A stretch of DNA of 49,172 bases, filler included, from Sphacelaria rigidula (taxonomy: Eukaryota): the NCBI GenBank assembly GCA_964200075.2. It is 2 parts of 2 records of this genome, joined end to end, with 100 filler letters (N's around TTAATTAATTAA, not from the genome) between each part and the next. Parts side by side here need not be neighbours in the genome. Positions count along the whole stretch, not along the records: positions 1 to 24,540 come from CAXNAA020000199.1; positions 24,641 to 49,172 come from CAXNAA020000200.1. One strand, written 5' to 3'. The notes under the pieces were generated by a model. It was not told the origin of the DNA and did not search any database. It saw only the letters and a list, made by a program, of their open reading frames with translations. A program made the translations under genes and the position numbers. Of the stretch, positions 23,745 through 36,265 are shown in pieces (the first letter of the stretch is position 1; every line of letters begins with the position of its first letter).

Positions 23745-23910
23745 TACCGTCTTTTGAGGGGAGTGGTATTGCACCGACCAATCATCGGTGAACAGATTTG
23801 GGACAAACACATTTTTTCAAGGCCGATTCTTATCGGACACCAACACTTTTTGAAAAACGGCCTGCGATTGGTCGCTGCGAGAGCACCCCCCCCCCCCATA
23901 AAACAGTCGA
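23745..23910. mobile_element. Small MITE with imperfect ~38-bp TIRs
   Basis: accgtcttttgaggggagtggtattgcaccgaccaatc ... gattggtcgctgcgagagcacccccccccccataaaacagtcg. Confidence 0.55.
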
Positions 23911-23929
23911 TCTTCCAAAGCAGGTCAGG

Positions 23930-24240
23930 TGGGGTATTTACTTTTGAGTGCCCGAGTATAGTACTCGGGCATTTACTCCACCCAAGTTTTGAGTCAAGTG
24001 GGTACGATCTGATTACTCTACCCAAATATTGGGGACGTAATCTCAGCAAATACCCGGGTGAAGAGGATCACTTGGGTATGACCTCAATATTCTAACCATA
24101 TAGTGGGTAGAGTTAGGTATGATATCGATACTTTACCATGTTATTTGGTAGTGTGGGTATGATCTCAATCCTCTACCCAAATATTGGGTGAGTATCTCAG
24201 CAATACCTGTATATAGAACATCACTTGGGTATGATCTCAC
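23930..24240. repeat. Degenerate tandem repeat (gggtatgatctc / ctctacccaaatattggg; ~155-bp superperiod)
   Basis: ctctacccaaatattggg...atctcagcaa...atcacttgggtatga occurs twice, with additional subunits. Confidence 0.75.
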
Positions 24241-24540
24241 GAACACTGACCGTTGGTAACATCGTGAAAACACTTGACAGGCTACCTTGACTGTGAGGGC
24301 AAATGATGGCCGCCAATAACATCAAAGAACAGAGGATTCTATAAAATGAGATTCATCAATGAAATGAGGTTCGAGCTCAAAACAGTACTTTCTCCACGCT
24401 TTCAGCGATGGTGCCCGATGACTTTCTTGTCGGCCTGATGCCCCTCGATCGCGTAGATACTTCTTCAGCGCATTTTATCGACTCTGTGAGCTTACAACGC
24501 TGTCCGAAACCACCATTTCTACCTATTTTTTAGGGGGGGG

Positions 24541-24640
24541 NNNNNNNNNNNNNNNNNNNNNNNNNNNNNNNNNNNNNNNNNNNNTTAATTAATTAANNNN
24601 NNNNNNNNNNNNNNNNNNNNNNNNNNNNNNNNNNNNNNNN
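24541..24640. other. Assembly gap: N44 + TTAATTAATTAA + N44 (artificial linker)
   Basis: 100-nt block; the 12-mer has stop codons in all six frames and is flanked only by N. Confidence 0.95.
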
Positions 24641-26612
24641 ACACAACGACCGACACCCCACAAAAAAACAAAAAGAGGAAAAAGAAGGGGGGGGGGGGGG
24701 GGGGGGTATGCCTTCGCGTTTGTGAAATGGTACGAATATGAAAAGAAGTACAACACCGTACCTCGAATTCGACGTGTCCGGTATTTTCACCCCTTGACCA
24801 GGAGCATAAATCATGTGTTGGATAAACATCAATTTCATTTGAAAAAAATCGTAAGACCAGATGACCTGCCCTCGGGGTCATGCGGTCAACTGATCAAACT
24901 ACTGTATTTAGTTTTTATTCATGATAAGGGTCCCGCGATCGGGGTGTGGACGCTACCGAGACGACCGGAAATTTCCTTCACCAACCAGTTATTTTTTTCC
25001 GACACTTTTTTTTGCTCCCGAGGAAGGGGCGAAATAGGCCATTTTTGGGCCGACTGATTTTTATGCGGCCGCTGCTGCATAGTTCAACAGCGAGCTGCAA
25101 AAAAGAAAATATACATGTAACTATGCTTCAAATTGAAGAAAAAACGAGGGATCGAAAAACATCGAAAATCAGATTGGACACGGGTAACTGACCAGACTTG
25201 AGGGACAGGGGAAGTAAAAACTTCATCAACTCATGGCAACCAGGTGAGATAACTAACCTTTTGCGGTAAAGCTGATGTTGTCTGTCGTCTCCTCGGTCGA
25301 CAGATTGAGGTTTCATGGAGACATGTACGTACGGTAGAGTGAAACTCAAGCTTTCGTGTTCCGGCTATCGTGGTTCGTCGTGCCGAAGATTACGGATTGC
25401 CAAAAATTGCGCTTGTCACTTTTCTTCCGAATCTTCAACTGTAGGTTCTGCGTAAGTATCATTTATTCACCACTTTACTTTGCGTGTCTATATACGACTG
25501 GAAGCACTGCGACTGGAAACACAGCCTAGACCGCGGTAGCCCTCGTATGCGGTCGACATGGGGAAATAGGCTACAAATAGCCCTTGCAATCCGAATGACA
25601 CGATTTCTTCGTCTCAAATCACAATGGTATACATAATTTGGTGTCATCCGCCACCGTAAGATGAACGACCACTGATTGGCTCGCCCGCTAGCCCGCAACC
25701 GCTAAATACTAGTTGTTGCTGCACTACCTGCAGCGCAGTTTTGGGTGAGGGTACTTCTCGGGTTGGGCAGATGAATTTCCCTGTTCGAAGTTGTGTTTCA
25801 TCGCACTGATGTGACCGTAGTAGCATCACCATAAGAGGAGAAGTTGCTCCACGCACAGGAAGCTTGTGTGCGTGTGCGTGGTCGCAAGTCTAAAAAGAGT
25901 GAAAAAACGCCCTGCCACAAATGCCCCACTGTAAAATGCACTTGCGAAACAGGAAGTCACATTCTGAGTCGTGTTGTATACTGCTGTTGTACTGAACCGT
26001 TGTACTGCCGCTGAGTATGTATTCGTACCACTGCACTGCATTGCACTGGCTTCGTCACGGCCATGCACAGCTCATATGCTGAGATGTTCTCATCTACCAT
26101 CACGGTTGTACTGACCGTTGCTACCGTGCCGTATTGTGTACTCGTAGTGCTACACTGTACTGGTTGAGTCCCAGGCCTGCACTATTCAACAATACAGTAG
26201 TCAATTTTGTTTTATATTGGTGACTGCAGTAGGAAGTACGGATACACAATTTCAATACACAGCATGATTGTGCAGACCGACGAACTTGTTGTTCCAGCCT
26301 TCATAGCAAACCGCCTTACCCTCAGCCTCAGGGTCTTGACCTACCCCACGTGTCCGTGCGTTGACTTTTGCTTCCTTCAAGGAAGAAGAGGATCGCCCTT
26401 GTCTCGCGAGCCACTTGAGAAGTACATGTGCACTTTGATATCACAATTGAAAACATTATAGCGCGTCGTGAAGTGAAATCTGCGCCAACAGTCTTAAGGC
26501 GTATCAAGAAGTTTAGCAGATGCGCATGCTTGAGACCAACAAATCCCAATCCTATCCCGAACCCAAATCCTGATCCCAACGAGAGTAACTTTCTGAACCC
26601 CCACGAGCAAAC

Positions 26613-26967
26613 CTGGCTACGCTGATGGAGTATAGAAGGTGCGGTGTGCGCTGCGCAGAGCGCTGGGCCATGCGCTGAGAAGCCCAAAATGATCGCTCTC
26701 CTGCACTGAGGAAACCTCACACTCAATTGAAAGAAAGTTGAACGTCTCGCATGAGACAGCACCTCTGCCATGTGTCGTCTAGACTCGATTATACTCTGGT
26801 TTACGAGTTCCACCTGTTGTGGCTGGCATCCGCGCACTGCATGTACCAGAGTAGGAACCACAACACATGCTCACCTCCCGCGACGCCATATTCGCAGATA
26901 CTGCTGTGTTAATTTCGTACATCCACCCAAGCACGAAAGTCACTGCAGGAGTGCGTCGAATGTCTGT
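26613..26967 (-). CDS. Two candidate exons (26875-26967, 26613-26813) of an unidentified gene
   Basis: tag|ACA...GAG|gtgagc then cag|GTG GAA..., both phase 0: TDIRRTPAVTFVLGWMYEINTAVSANMASRE / VELVNQSIIESRRHMAEVLSHARR...; no motif recognised. Confidence 0.3.
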
Positions 26968-29570
26968 CTATAGAGCCACACAGACAGTGGAAAATAGAGA
27001 CCGTTCTGGTTGGATGCGGGAAGAGACTGAACACATGGAGAGAGGGGTGTGCTTGGGTGGTACGCGGGTTTTCATTTTCACTTTTCTTGTCTGCTATTTT
27101 TGATTGTATTCTTTTCGAAAATGCAGCAAGACAAATGATACTCCGGGCATCACATAAGACTACAGGGGTACGAAGCTCCCCTGGCGACTGGATGAGAAGC
27201 TACTCCCCACAGAAGGCAGGAATTTTCTGCGCGCGGCGGTGTCCTACTCCTACCGAAAGGGTTTTTCTTCTTTACTTTGCGTTTCCATGGCGAGGGATAC
27301 GGGCTGTTTTGGCATGATGTATGGACGTGTACCGACTATTATGATGTCTCACCACCCCATGACGGAGACCGTGTGTCAATTTGACTGAGCGCACAAAAAG
27401 GGATGCACACTAGGGGATTATTGTTCTCATCAAGTTAGTTGTGCCGTTGGGTCTTCTGAGGCACATAAAGGCAAGAGTGCCAAAACTCAGCTTTCAATTC
27501 ATCGCACGTGCCAGTAGTAGAGCGTCATCTCGACGACGTAGCGGCGGAACAATTGGTGGTGGTGAGGTCCTCCCAGATATCCCATGAAGTGACATTTCCC
27601 ATGAATGGCATTATAAAACTCACATCATAATGGCCTCTCGATCCTAAGCGCATCCAGTTTGGCGCGTCCCCCTGTAGAATCGGCATACATAATCTTGTTC
27701 TTCAAAAATTAACGTGTTCAGACTTTGAAAAAATTTCATCTGTCGGGCGTTCAAACACGGAACACCCGGCAAGCAATGCCTTTTCTCCACCCGAATAAAT
27801 GGAACATTGCCTTCGCTTCGCTACACGTGCTCTGCCTGTTTCCTGATTCACGTCTTCTGCGTATTGTGCACTGCTGCTATCTTTATCGAGGGAAGCACCA
27901 CAAACATTTGCAAGAGTAATCCTACAATTGCTGCTGTGTGTACTGCATTATCTGCACTGTTACGTGACGGATGGTACCTGAGAAACCTAATACGACCAGA
28001 GCAGTTGTACTCTACTGTACAGCACTGGACCGCACCGTATGACAACATTATGTCACCGCGAAGATTCATGAGGATACATGCGATGGTATCACTGTCGCGT
28101 TCCTGACCTAAACAGTACATGGCATCTAGTGCATACTAGAGTAAATATGCCGTGTCTTCGTTCAACTGTCGTCCATACCCCTTCTATCTTTATCTTGGGT
28201 ATTGTGACTGCCATATCCTGACTTCGCGCATTCCGACAAAATGAAAGATATATAAGAGTCGAAGTGTCGAAGTTATCGAAGTTATGGACAATATTAATAT
28301 GGAAAATATGGATATCGAACGTATGAACGACAACCCATAGGCCTGCCTGTGAAATATCTGTTGTGAATGCATGTGCATTTGGTTTTTCAAGTGTGTATGA
28401 GCCGACCGCTTTGGGGCACATGCACGAGATTCGCTCTCACGATTGAAAATTCGCACCTCGATAGCTCTGGGGAGAGAGGGTGAGAGGCGGGGGGAAAACG
28501 AGGGAAGACAGAAACAGCAGCACCATCAGAGAAATATCGTCGTGAAACTGAGTTTGCTGTATGTCAGCATCACAATCGGCCGGGTAATAAGCAGGTTCGC
28601 TTGACGCGATACCAACGTGCGGTGAGGAATGTCAGGTGGACGGAGCGGAGGGTCCCGAAGTTCTATTCGAACACCGACGGAGGAGGCGGCGGGGGGCTTT
28701 GGCAGAGGGACTGAAAACGTGGGGACGGGTCGATAACCCAACAAAACTCCCTATCCTGTTTGCAATCCGACGAAATTCAAATTGGGCAGGTATCAAACTG
28801 GACGGGCAGAAAGAAAATCGAAACCATCACTACTAGGAGAGATGGTCAACAGCCAGACCGTTCCTCTGATCGATACGACATCGAAATATCGAACAGAAGA
28901 AAGGAAATGTGTACATGCCCAAAAAATCAGCGGACATGTATATCTTGTGCTGGATCATTATAATCACGACTGTTTTATGGTACAGACAGGATCGCAGATT
29001 TGTGAAACAGTTCTTTACACAAACCGTCATTTTCCGCATGAGTGTGGTATTGTGTATTGTGTACTCGTGCATGCAGCTGAAGAGCACGCGGGCGGTGAAT
29101 AATCTTTCGAGCACAGTGTCGTACCTTGGTATCCTAGGTTAATACAGTGCAGGACACTCCATCAGTACATGATAATGCCGTGTGACAGTACATGATGGCA
29201 CAGTCGGTATTGCGAAGACAGTAAACAAACAGTGCGCGAAAAGAGTTCAGTAGTGCAGTGCCATACATCACCCTGCAAGTACAGCGACAACAGAGTAGGA
29301 GATTACAGTAGTGTTTGTTAGAGTAATATATATGGCAGCGCAGTGCAGCATAAAATATTGCCATCGCCGTGGGGTTTACGGCGTTAGCGCTTCTAATCCG
29401 CTTGTCCAACCATGTGCGATGCTGCTGTAGCGGCTGGCGCGGGCAGGCACGCCCTGCGCTGTCACAAGACTGTCTTCTGCTGCGGTTGCAAAAATATCGA
29501 ACGCCGCATACCATACCATTGTACGTCAATGCACGGACGTCACCTCAAAAAAACTGGGGAGCGTCATGAT

Positions 29571-29640
29571 CTCGGAAAGATTTCCCCCGATTTCTTTGGA
29601 AAATCGAAGGAAATCAAACATCGGGGGAAATCGTTCCGAG
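29571..29640. repeat. Inverted repeat, core of a degenerate MITE
   Basis: ctcggaaagatttcccccgat ... atcgggggaaatcgttccgag. Confidence 0.7.
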
Positions 29641-30526
29641 GTTGTGACTCCCTCCGATTTTTTCTCCCCCTATTTGTTCCAAATCGGTGTCCATAAAATG
29701 CCTTCCCTGATGCTTTTCCCTCGATGCTCGAAAAATCGAGATTGTTGACCGCCATAAAAGACTGGTGAAGACAACAGAGAAAAAGATGCAAGCAGAATAT
29801 TTTAGTACGGACCGCAATTCACTCAGCGTTGGTTCTTATTTACTGCACGGTTTCTATTTCCACTGTAGTGCTGCTACTCCTACTCCCGTGCAAACTAGTA
29901 CTACAGACACTTGCAATTGGATTTTTCATACATACACGAATTATCATTTTTTTAGCACTCTTTAACTCAGTGGTATCTGTGACATCTTCACACTCTGGAC
30001 GATGCTTCAGCAATAGACGCTGGGGAAAACCTATCGATGTATATATATATATATATATATTATCGGACACGAGAGATGGTGAAACACATCTATTGATATG
30101 TATTACAAGGGACAACATACATATGTTGCAATAGTCGATCGATAGCCTGTGGCAACTATAAAGATCTCTCGCCACCGACGGAAATCGTGTACCACAACGG
30201 ACTCTGGGATGTGTATATCGATAGCCATTGCCGTTATCAATAGGTTTGGTGAACCATCCATCGATAGTCATCGCCGTCATCATTAGATTGGGTGAGTCAT
30301 CTATCAATACCCATTACCGCCATCAATACATTAGATCCCGTCTATTGTCCAGGGTGTGGAAATCTTGACATTTTTTACACAAAACAGGACGCACTAATTT
30401 CTTCATATGGCTGCGACTTCTTTTGGACATCATACATCCCCTTTACTAACAGGGGCTCCGGGCATGTCGTATCACATCATTTTTTTATCGAGAAAGTGCT
30501 ATGGAAAACAATGAGGGCGGGTCTTA

Positions 30527-31050
30527 GGGCCTGTCTTAGCACATAGGTTTTGGATCGAAAAAGCGCGGTGAAAAACAAAAATCCCGATCTGATAGGTCAT
30601 AATTTCAACCATCTTCGAAATAAACGACGATGGTTGAAATTATGACCTATCAGATCAGTATTTTTGTCTTTTACCGCACTTTTTTCATCGAAAACTCATG
30701 TCCCAAGACAGGCCCACACGCGACCATTTGGCTACCTCCGAACTTCCTCCAGGTGGGTACACTTTCCGAGCCTCCGGAGGAATTGAACGCCTCCGGAGGG
30801 GTGCGCGGCCCTCCGAAGGAGATTTTTTGGTTCCATCTAGAGGGGTTGAACGCCTCCGGAGGCTTATTCTTACCTCTGAAGGGCCGCACATTCCCTCAAA
30901 TTCCTCCGGAAGGGTGCGCGGCCCTCCGGGTCGGTAGAGTTTGGTCTCCTCTAGAGGGGTTGAACGCCTCCGGAGGCTTGGTTTCTTCCTGGAGGGCCGC
31001 GCATCCCTCCGGAGACATTTTGGGGTGTAGCCAAATGGTCGCGCGTACCC
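30527..31050. mobile_element. Harbinger-like hairpin MITE with TTA TSD, interrupted by a CAC-ended element
   Basis: tta|gggcctgtctt ... aagacaggcc[insert]ccc|tta; body 30527-30714 is almost wholly palindromic. Confidence 0.8.
30715..31047. mobile_element. CAC-ended MITE (EnSpm/CACTA-like), copy 1
   Basis: ~21-bp TIR cacacgcgaccatttggctac / gtagccaaatggtcgcgcgta; repeated internal cctccggagg palindromes; probable 2-bp TSD CC. Confidence 0.8.
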
Positions 31051-32120
31051 TTAGCACTTTTTTTTCCGATCGAAAAAATGGGGCGGTGGAACCGATCTAA
31101 GCGTAATTTTCTCGTTTTGATGCAGTTGGGTCCAGATGGATTTTCAAGCTTTCAATCGAACAGAAAAAAGAGAGTGGAATTCGTGAAACGGTACATGGTC
31201 ACTCATTTACAGTACAGACAGTCTGTACTGTCTGCACTGCTTGCAGGCAGTATCTCGAGTGCGTGTGTGCATGTTTCGTACAGGAGGATGTAAAAGAAAA
31301 GCGAACAACTTGCATTGCAGACAGCCCAGGACTATCAGTGTTCTCTGCTTACAATGCGACGTGAAGAGGATCTCAGCAACGTGCAGCTTTGTACTGTCTG
31401 CACTGTCTATGGGCGTGCACGCTACTCGGTTGCCCACCGTACCACGCAGTTCCGTCGCTGATACCTACCATGAGAGAAGATGCGCAAGTTTTCGCCAACA
31501 AAAATCAATAAAGCACACCCAACTACTGCAGTGTAACTACCGGGCTCAACTCGTGCTCTATGCTGCAGAGTTGCCGTGGAGACTGAAAATGAGTTGGACG
31601 GAGTTTGCATGGTCCTATGACCAGGTGTTATCTGGCGTGATAATCTAAGAAACAAGAGTCGAGTGCCGCTTCGTGCCTTTTCGACCGCATGTTTTCGATC
31701 CGAAAATATTATTTTTCGACTCAAATGTTTCTCTCCGCGCGCCGCTTATTATAGTTTTGAGTTGAAGCCTTCGAGGAACACATATCCGGTGGGCCGTATC
31801 AGATCGGCAAAGGAAAATCGACCGCACTTTTCCGATCGAAAAAAAAAGTGCCAAGACAAGCCCTTACGCCGCTTATTATGCTACAAGAAATCAGTTCGAG
31901 AAAAGTTTTGAGATCATTTCTGGACAGATTTCTCAAACAAATTCGGACAGATTTCTTAAACACTACCGTTTCTTGAGGGACGTTTTCTCCGAGAAATTTG
32001 TTCGAAAAGTGGAAATTTCCTCAACGCAAGTCATCTCTCGAATAATCGTCTCAGAAACGCTCGCACTTTTTAAACTGGATCAGAGTTATTTCGGAAAGCG
32101 ATATAGCCGATCACCGCTAA

Positions 32121-32423
32121 CAACGTTTTCGTGAGATTGAGAGTAGAGCGCTGATTGAGAGTGCCTTTGATTCTTCGCTTTAACTGAGCTAGTTTCTCAT
32201 TCCGTGTGTGCTTTTATTTGCCTCCATCACTGGCGTGTGCTTACAGCTACACGTCGATAACCTACTCAGGGATATCAAGTAGGGCCTCAGTGGCAAGCTA
32301 TTTACTACAGAAAGCATATCGAGCCTCGTGGAGGGGCATTTCGGGACTGAAACGATTCAGTCACTCATTCAGCGCGTTTCACTCTCAATCATACCCTCTA
32401 CTCTCAATCTCACGAAAACATTG
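32121..32423 (+). mobile_element. MITE family D, copy 1
   Basis: TIR caacgttttcgtgagattgagagtag / ctactctcaatctcacgaaaacattg; two further copies in the window. Confidence 0.85.
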
Positions 32424-33332
32424 TTGCCTCCGTGCGCACGCAGCGAGCTAGAAGCTCCAAGCCGACGATAATACATCATGTTGATGGTGCGGAATCATCG
32501 GGGGTTGGCAGTGATGATCTTTCGACGAAATGCCTGTTACTTCGGCGCTGCCTCGCGATGCAGCTCCTGATAGCTGTGCCACAGTTTCTCTGCGCGACAC
32601 AATGTATAGATGATATACTATGCTGCATTTCTCAATTTTTGAGTGCAGTCTGAAAATCTTCAGTCCATGACCAAGGACAACCCAGACATAAAAAAAGTTC
32701 ACGCCTGTCAGCTGGCGTGTAAAACTTGAACTCCGTAGGAAGCACTTCTACTAAAAATTTCGCCGAGATTTTTTTTTTGAAAAAACACGACTTTTTTTTT
32801 CTCAACCGACTGCATTTGCCCATTTCTCATTTCTCAAACTCTACGAGAAGCGACCGCATCACTTTTGACCCTTCAGACTCTAGGGTTGGACACCTGAGGA
32901 CGTGTGTTGACCTTTTCGGGACCGGACACTCACTAACCACAGGTGTAATAACCCTTCGACTACGAACGGTGGTCCATTCGTGAATCGTCATCATCACTCG
33001 TTCGAGTGAAAATGATGCCGATTCACATTGGGCTCTCACCCCCTGGTTCGCGCGGACCCGTCCCGAAAACGTTTATGCGTATCATATATCATTTTTTATT
33101 GATCGAGGAAATGCGATGGAGAAGAAAAAATCAAATCTGATAAATAGTCATTTTCCACAGCAACGTATACTTTTCCACCGCTCTTTTCGATCCACAGGGT
33201 ACGGCGGCAAAGAAAAATTCCGATGAGATCGGTCAGGATAGGTCGTCATTTATGTCCAGCAGAAGGAGGTTATCCAGGTTGAAATAACGATTCATCAGAT
33301 GAGGAGATTTGTTTTCCACCACACATGCACTT

Positions 33333-33405
33333 TTAGATGTACAACATATCCACTGAGCTAACAGTCAGCTTGACTGTTAGCTCAGTGGATATTTTGTACA
33401 TCTAA
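33333..33405. repeat. Near-perfect hairpin, 35-bp arms and 3-nt loop
   Basis: ttagatgtacaacatatccactgagctaacagtca-gct-tgactgttagctcagtggatattttgtacatctaa, one mismatch. Confidence 0.95.
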
Positions 33406-34205
33406 CAGAAGTACAACCGGGGTCCGACAGTTGGTGAGACTGTTGAACTCCGGTTTTACCCGCGGGTTGTAATCCCTCTAATCAGCACTGCCCCAAGCGG
33501 TTCATCGGCTTACAGGCGGGAACATGTGTCTTCATCTTGGCTGGTGATGTATACCATGCCTTTCAGGTGTGTATCCCAGACTTTTTCTCAGATTGTTTCT
33601 TCAAGATCGCCCTCGGAGGGATCGAACCCCGGTTGTACTTTTGATTGATGACCTTGTATCATCAGAAGTGTATTTTTATAAGACACGGCCCGAGTCCTGC
33701 GGGCAATTATCGGGTGAAAATGATGCCGATTCAACAGATAACCCCGCCTGGCGGTCAGGCCGCTCAATGGATGAAACCACTCAGACACTCCGTCCGTGAC
33801 ATAAAGGACCGACCTTGTATCACTAGAGGTACCTCACACTCGAGGTTCCCGATGTATTCCACAGTGCATTACGGCGCAAATACACCGGGAACCTCGAGCT
33901 TGAGATATCCCTATGAGGGACGAAACACAGGAGAATATATATTTCGAACCGGTGGACCGGTTCGACCATTTAGCTCATGGATCCAACACCTCGGAACTAT
34001 AGCATCACCTAGCCTAATACCCTGGTCCAGGTTGTCCGATGCGTCGACCGAAATTCATGAGAGGCACGTTGAACGATTCAACCTGACGGCACCGTTGTTG
34101 CCAACCGACCTGCGCGCTCGGAAAATCCGACAACATGACATTGTAGTTCCGCAGATTGATGAATCCGGTTAGCATAAGATAAGCGTGTCCTGGACCGACT
34201 CTGCT

Positions 34206-34657
34206 GGGACCTGTTCAAAATGTTGTTAGAAACTGCATTTTTGGCCCTTCTCCGTCGTTTCACGCCTGCGAAGAGGGCTATTATAGGCGGATATTGACGC
34301 CTTGGAATGACTTGCTCTACTCATCGAGACCGTTCCAGGGCAACTTTGCATTTCCCGCGGGCTGCACTTATATTTTTGGTCAGACACGGGTGTTGAATAA
34401 AAAACGGTCATGCGACAAAAAAGCAGGGAGAAACTTTGATCATCTGACTGTTTTCTACTGAAAATCCGCGTTTGGCCTGGTTTGGCCAAAAACAAAAGTG
34501 CGGCCAGCAGGAAAAGCAAAGTTGCCCTGGAACGGTCCCAACGAGTAGAGCAAGTAATTCCAAGGGGTCAACATCCACCTATAGCCCTCTTGTCGGGCGT
34601 AAATCGACGGAGAAGGGCCCAAAAGGCAGTTCTCAACAGGACTTTTGAACGGCTCCC
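34206..34657. mobile_element. Foldback element with ~170-bp inverted arms
   Basis: gggacctgttcaaaa...ggcccttctccgtcg...gaccgttccagggcaactttgc mirrored by gcaaagttgccctggaacggtc...cgacggagaagggcc...ttttgaacggctccc. Confidence 0.8.
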
Positions 34658-34666
34658 ATTGGAGTT

Positions 34667-34847
34667 GGCCTCAGCACATTATTCTTTTTCGATCGAAAAT
34701 GTGCGGTGGGAGAAAAACTCCAATCTGATAGGTCGTGATTTCAACTGTTGTATTACATCAAGGTGATCGGAATCATGACTTATCAGGTCGGAATATTCGT
34801 TGTCCACCGCACTTTTTCGATCGGAAAATGATGTGCTAGACGCGGCC
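34667..34847. mobile_element. Harbinger-like hairpin MITE, diverged copy of 30527-30714
   Basis: gcacat...gatcgaaaatgtgcggtg...atctgataggtcgtgatttcaac...ccaccgcactttttcgatcggaaaatgatgtgctag...ggcc|taa. Confidence 0.7.
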
Positions 34848-34871
34848 TAATAAGCACCGGCCTGAAGTTAA

Positions 34872-35164
34872 CAACGTTTTCGTGAGATTGAGAGTAGACG
34901 CTGATTGAGAGTGGCTTTGGTCATTCGATTCCAGCTGGCCATTTTTTTATTCCATGTGTGCTTTTCTTTGCCTCCATCACTAAGAGTAGCATGTGCCTAC
35001 AGCTACACGTCGACATCCTACCCAGAGATATTAAGGGCCTCAGTGGCAGGCTATCACAGTAAGCGTATTGGGCCTCGTGGAGGGGTATTTCGGAACTGAA
35101 ACGATTGATTCACTAATTGACCACTTTTCACTCTCAATCGTATCTCAATCTCACGAAACCATTG
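34872..35164 (+). mobile_element. MITE family D, copy 2
   Basis: Colinear with 32121-32423, same TIRs. Confidence 0.85.
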
Positions 35165-35288
35165 GTACAAAAGAGATCTACCTTTCGTTTGAGCGACGAT
35201 GAGGAAATGCCAGCAAATATCACATTCATTTTTTTCATGTCCTCTTGGCTTTTTTTATGTTGCGATGCACTTGCGAGAAGACCTTAGA

Positions 35289-35585
35289 CATGTGCTTTCG
35301 TGAAATTGAGAGTACAGGATACCATTGAGAGTGAAAAGCGGTCAATTAGTGAATTAATCGTTTCAGTTCCGAAACGCCCCTCCACGAGGCCCAACCTGAT
35401 TTCTGCAGTAGCTTGCCACTAAGGCCCTTGATATCCCTGAGTAGGATATCGATGTGTAGCTGTGAACTCACGCAAGTGATAAAGGCAAGGAAAAGCACAC
35501 ACGGAATGAAGAACTGGCTAAGTTAAAGCGAGTGATCAAAGCCACTCTCAATCAGCGCTTCACTCTCAAGCTCACGAAAACGCTG
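35289..35585 (-). mobile_element. MITE family D, copy 3 (inverted)
   Basis: Reverse complement of copies 1 and 2. Confidence 0.85.
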
Positions 35586-36265
35586 TTCTTGGAGCCTAGC
35601 GAGTCGGGAAAGTGGTTTTGTATCATGTCGAACATTACCTCCAGACTATATTTGGCTCAAAAACCACGTCGAGTGTACTTCCCCCCAACTCCACGGAGGA
35701 GAATATCATTTTTGTGCGAAACCTCACCGTATCCATGCCCACTTCATCTGTTGCGATCCAGACACTACTTCACTGTAACGCAGGGCAGGGTAGCCAGTGT
35801 CATGCATGTAAGCTGAAGGCGCACGGTACCATGCCAAGAGACGCACGCATCATATACATCAATCGAGATATTTAACCCTTGGACAGCGATAGTAGGCCAT
35901 GGGTGGAATCGGCATCAACTTGACTTGAAAAAAAAAATCATGATCCAGACAGACTACCCTCGCGGTCTAAAGGTCAAGAGCGCGGGTTTGAGTGCCCCAA
36001 AAGTGTATTTTCCCCCCTCCGGCGGGGGAGGGTTACATGACTTCACTTATTCCAGTCCACGCGTACCCTTGCCAAAACACGCGCACGTGAACAATGGTGA
36101 GGGCCGTTGTGTGTATATGTATGTACAGTATGTTTCCAGTTGAAAAAAATTGCATCTCTGTGTGAAATGACCTAGACCACTTGACCGCCAGAGGGTGGGT
36201 CATTTGATCTCTCCATCCATTCTTGAAGCAATTACTGTGTAGATTGAAGACATGGCTCGACCCTG

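Larger units (their letters stand above)
30515..31863. mobile_element. PIF/Harbinger-like (Tourist-type) non-autonomous element, outer member of a nest
   Basis: Left TIR gggcgggtc[tta insertion]ttagcacttttttttccgatcgaaaaa matches right TIR ttttccgatcgaaaaaaaaagtgccaagacaagccc; flanks tga/tta. Confidence 0.7.

Noticed and set aside
23484-24095. 203-aa ORF
   Set aside because: Spans three different non-coding repeats.
24585-24596. TTAATTAATTAA palindrome inside the N run
   Set aside because: Six-frame-stop scaffolding linker, not biological sequence.
26540-26580. Hexamer run encoding PNPIPNPNPDPN, resembling a telomeric repeat
   Set aside because: Short and degenerate; best treated as a simple repeat.
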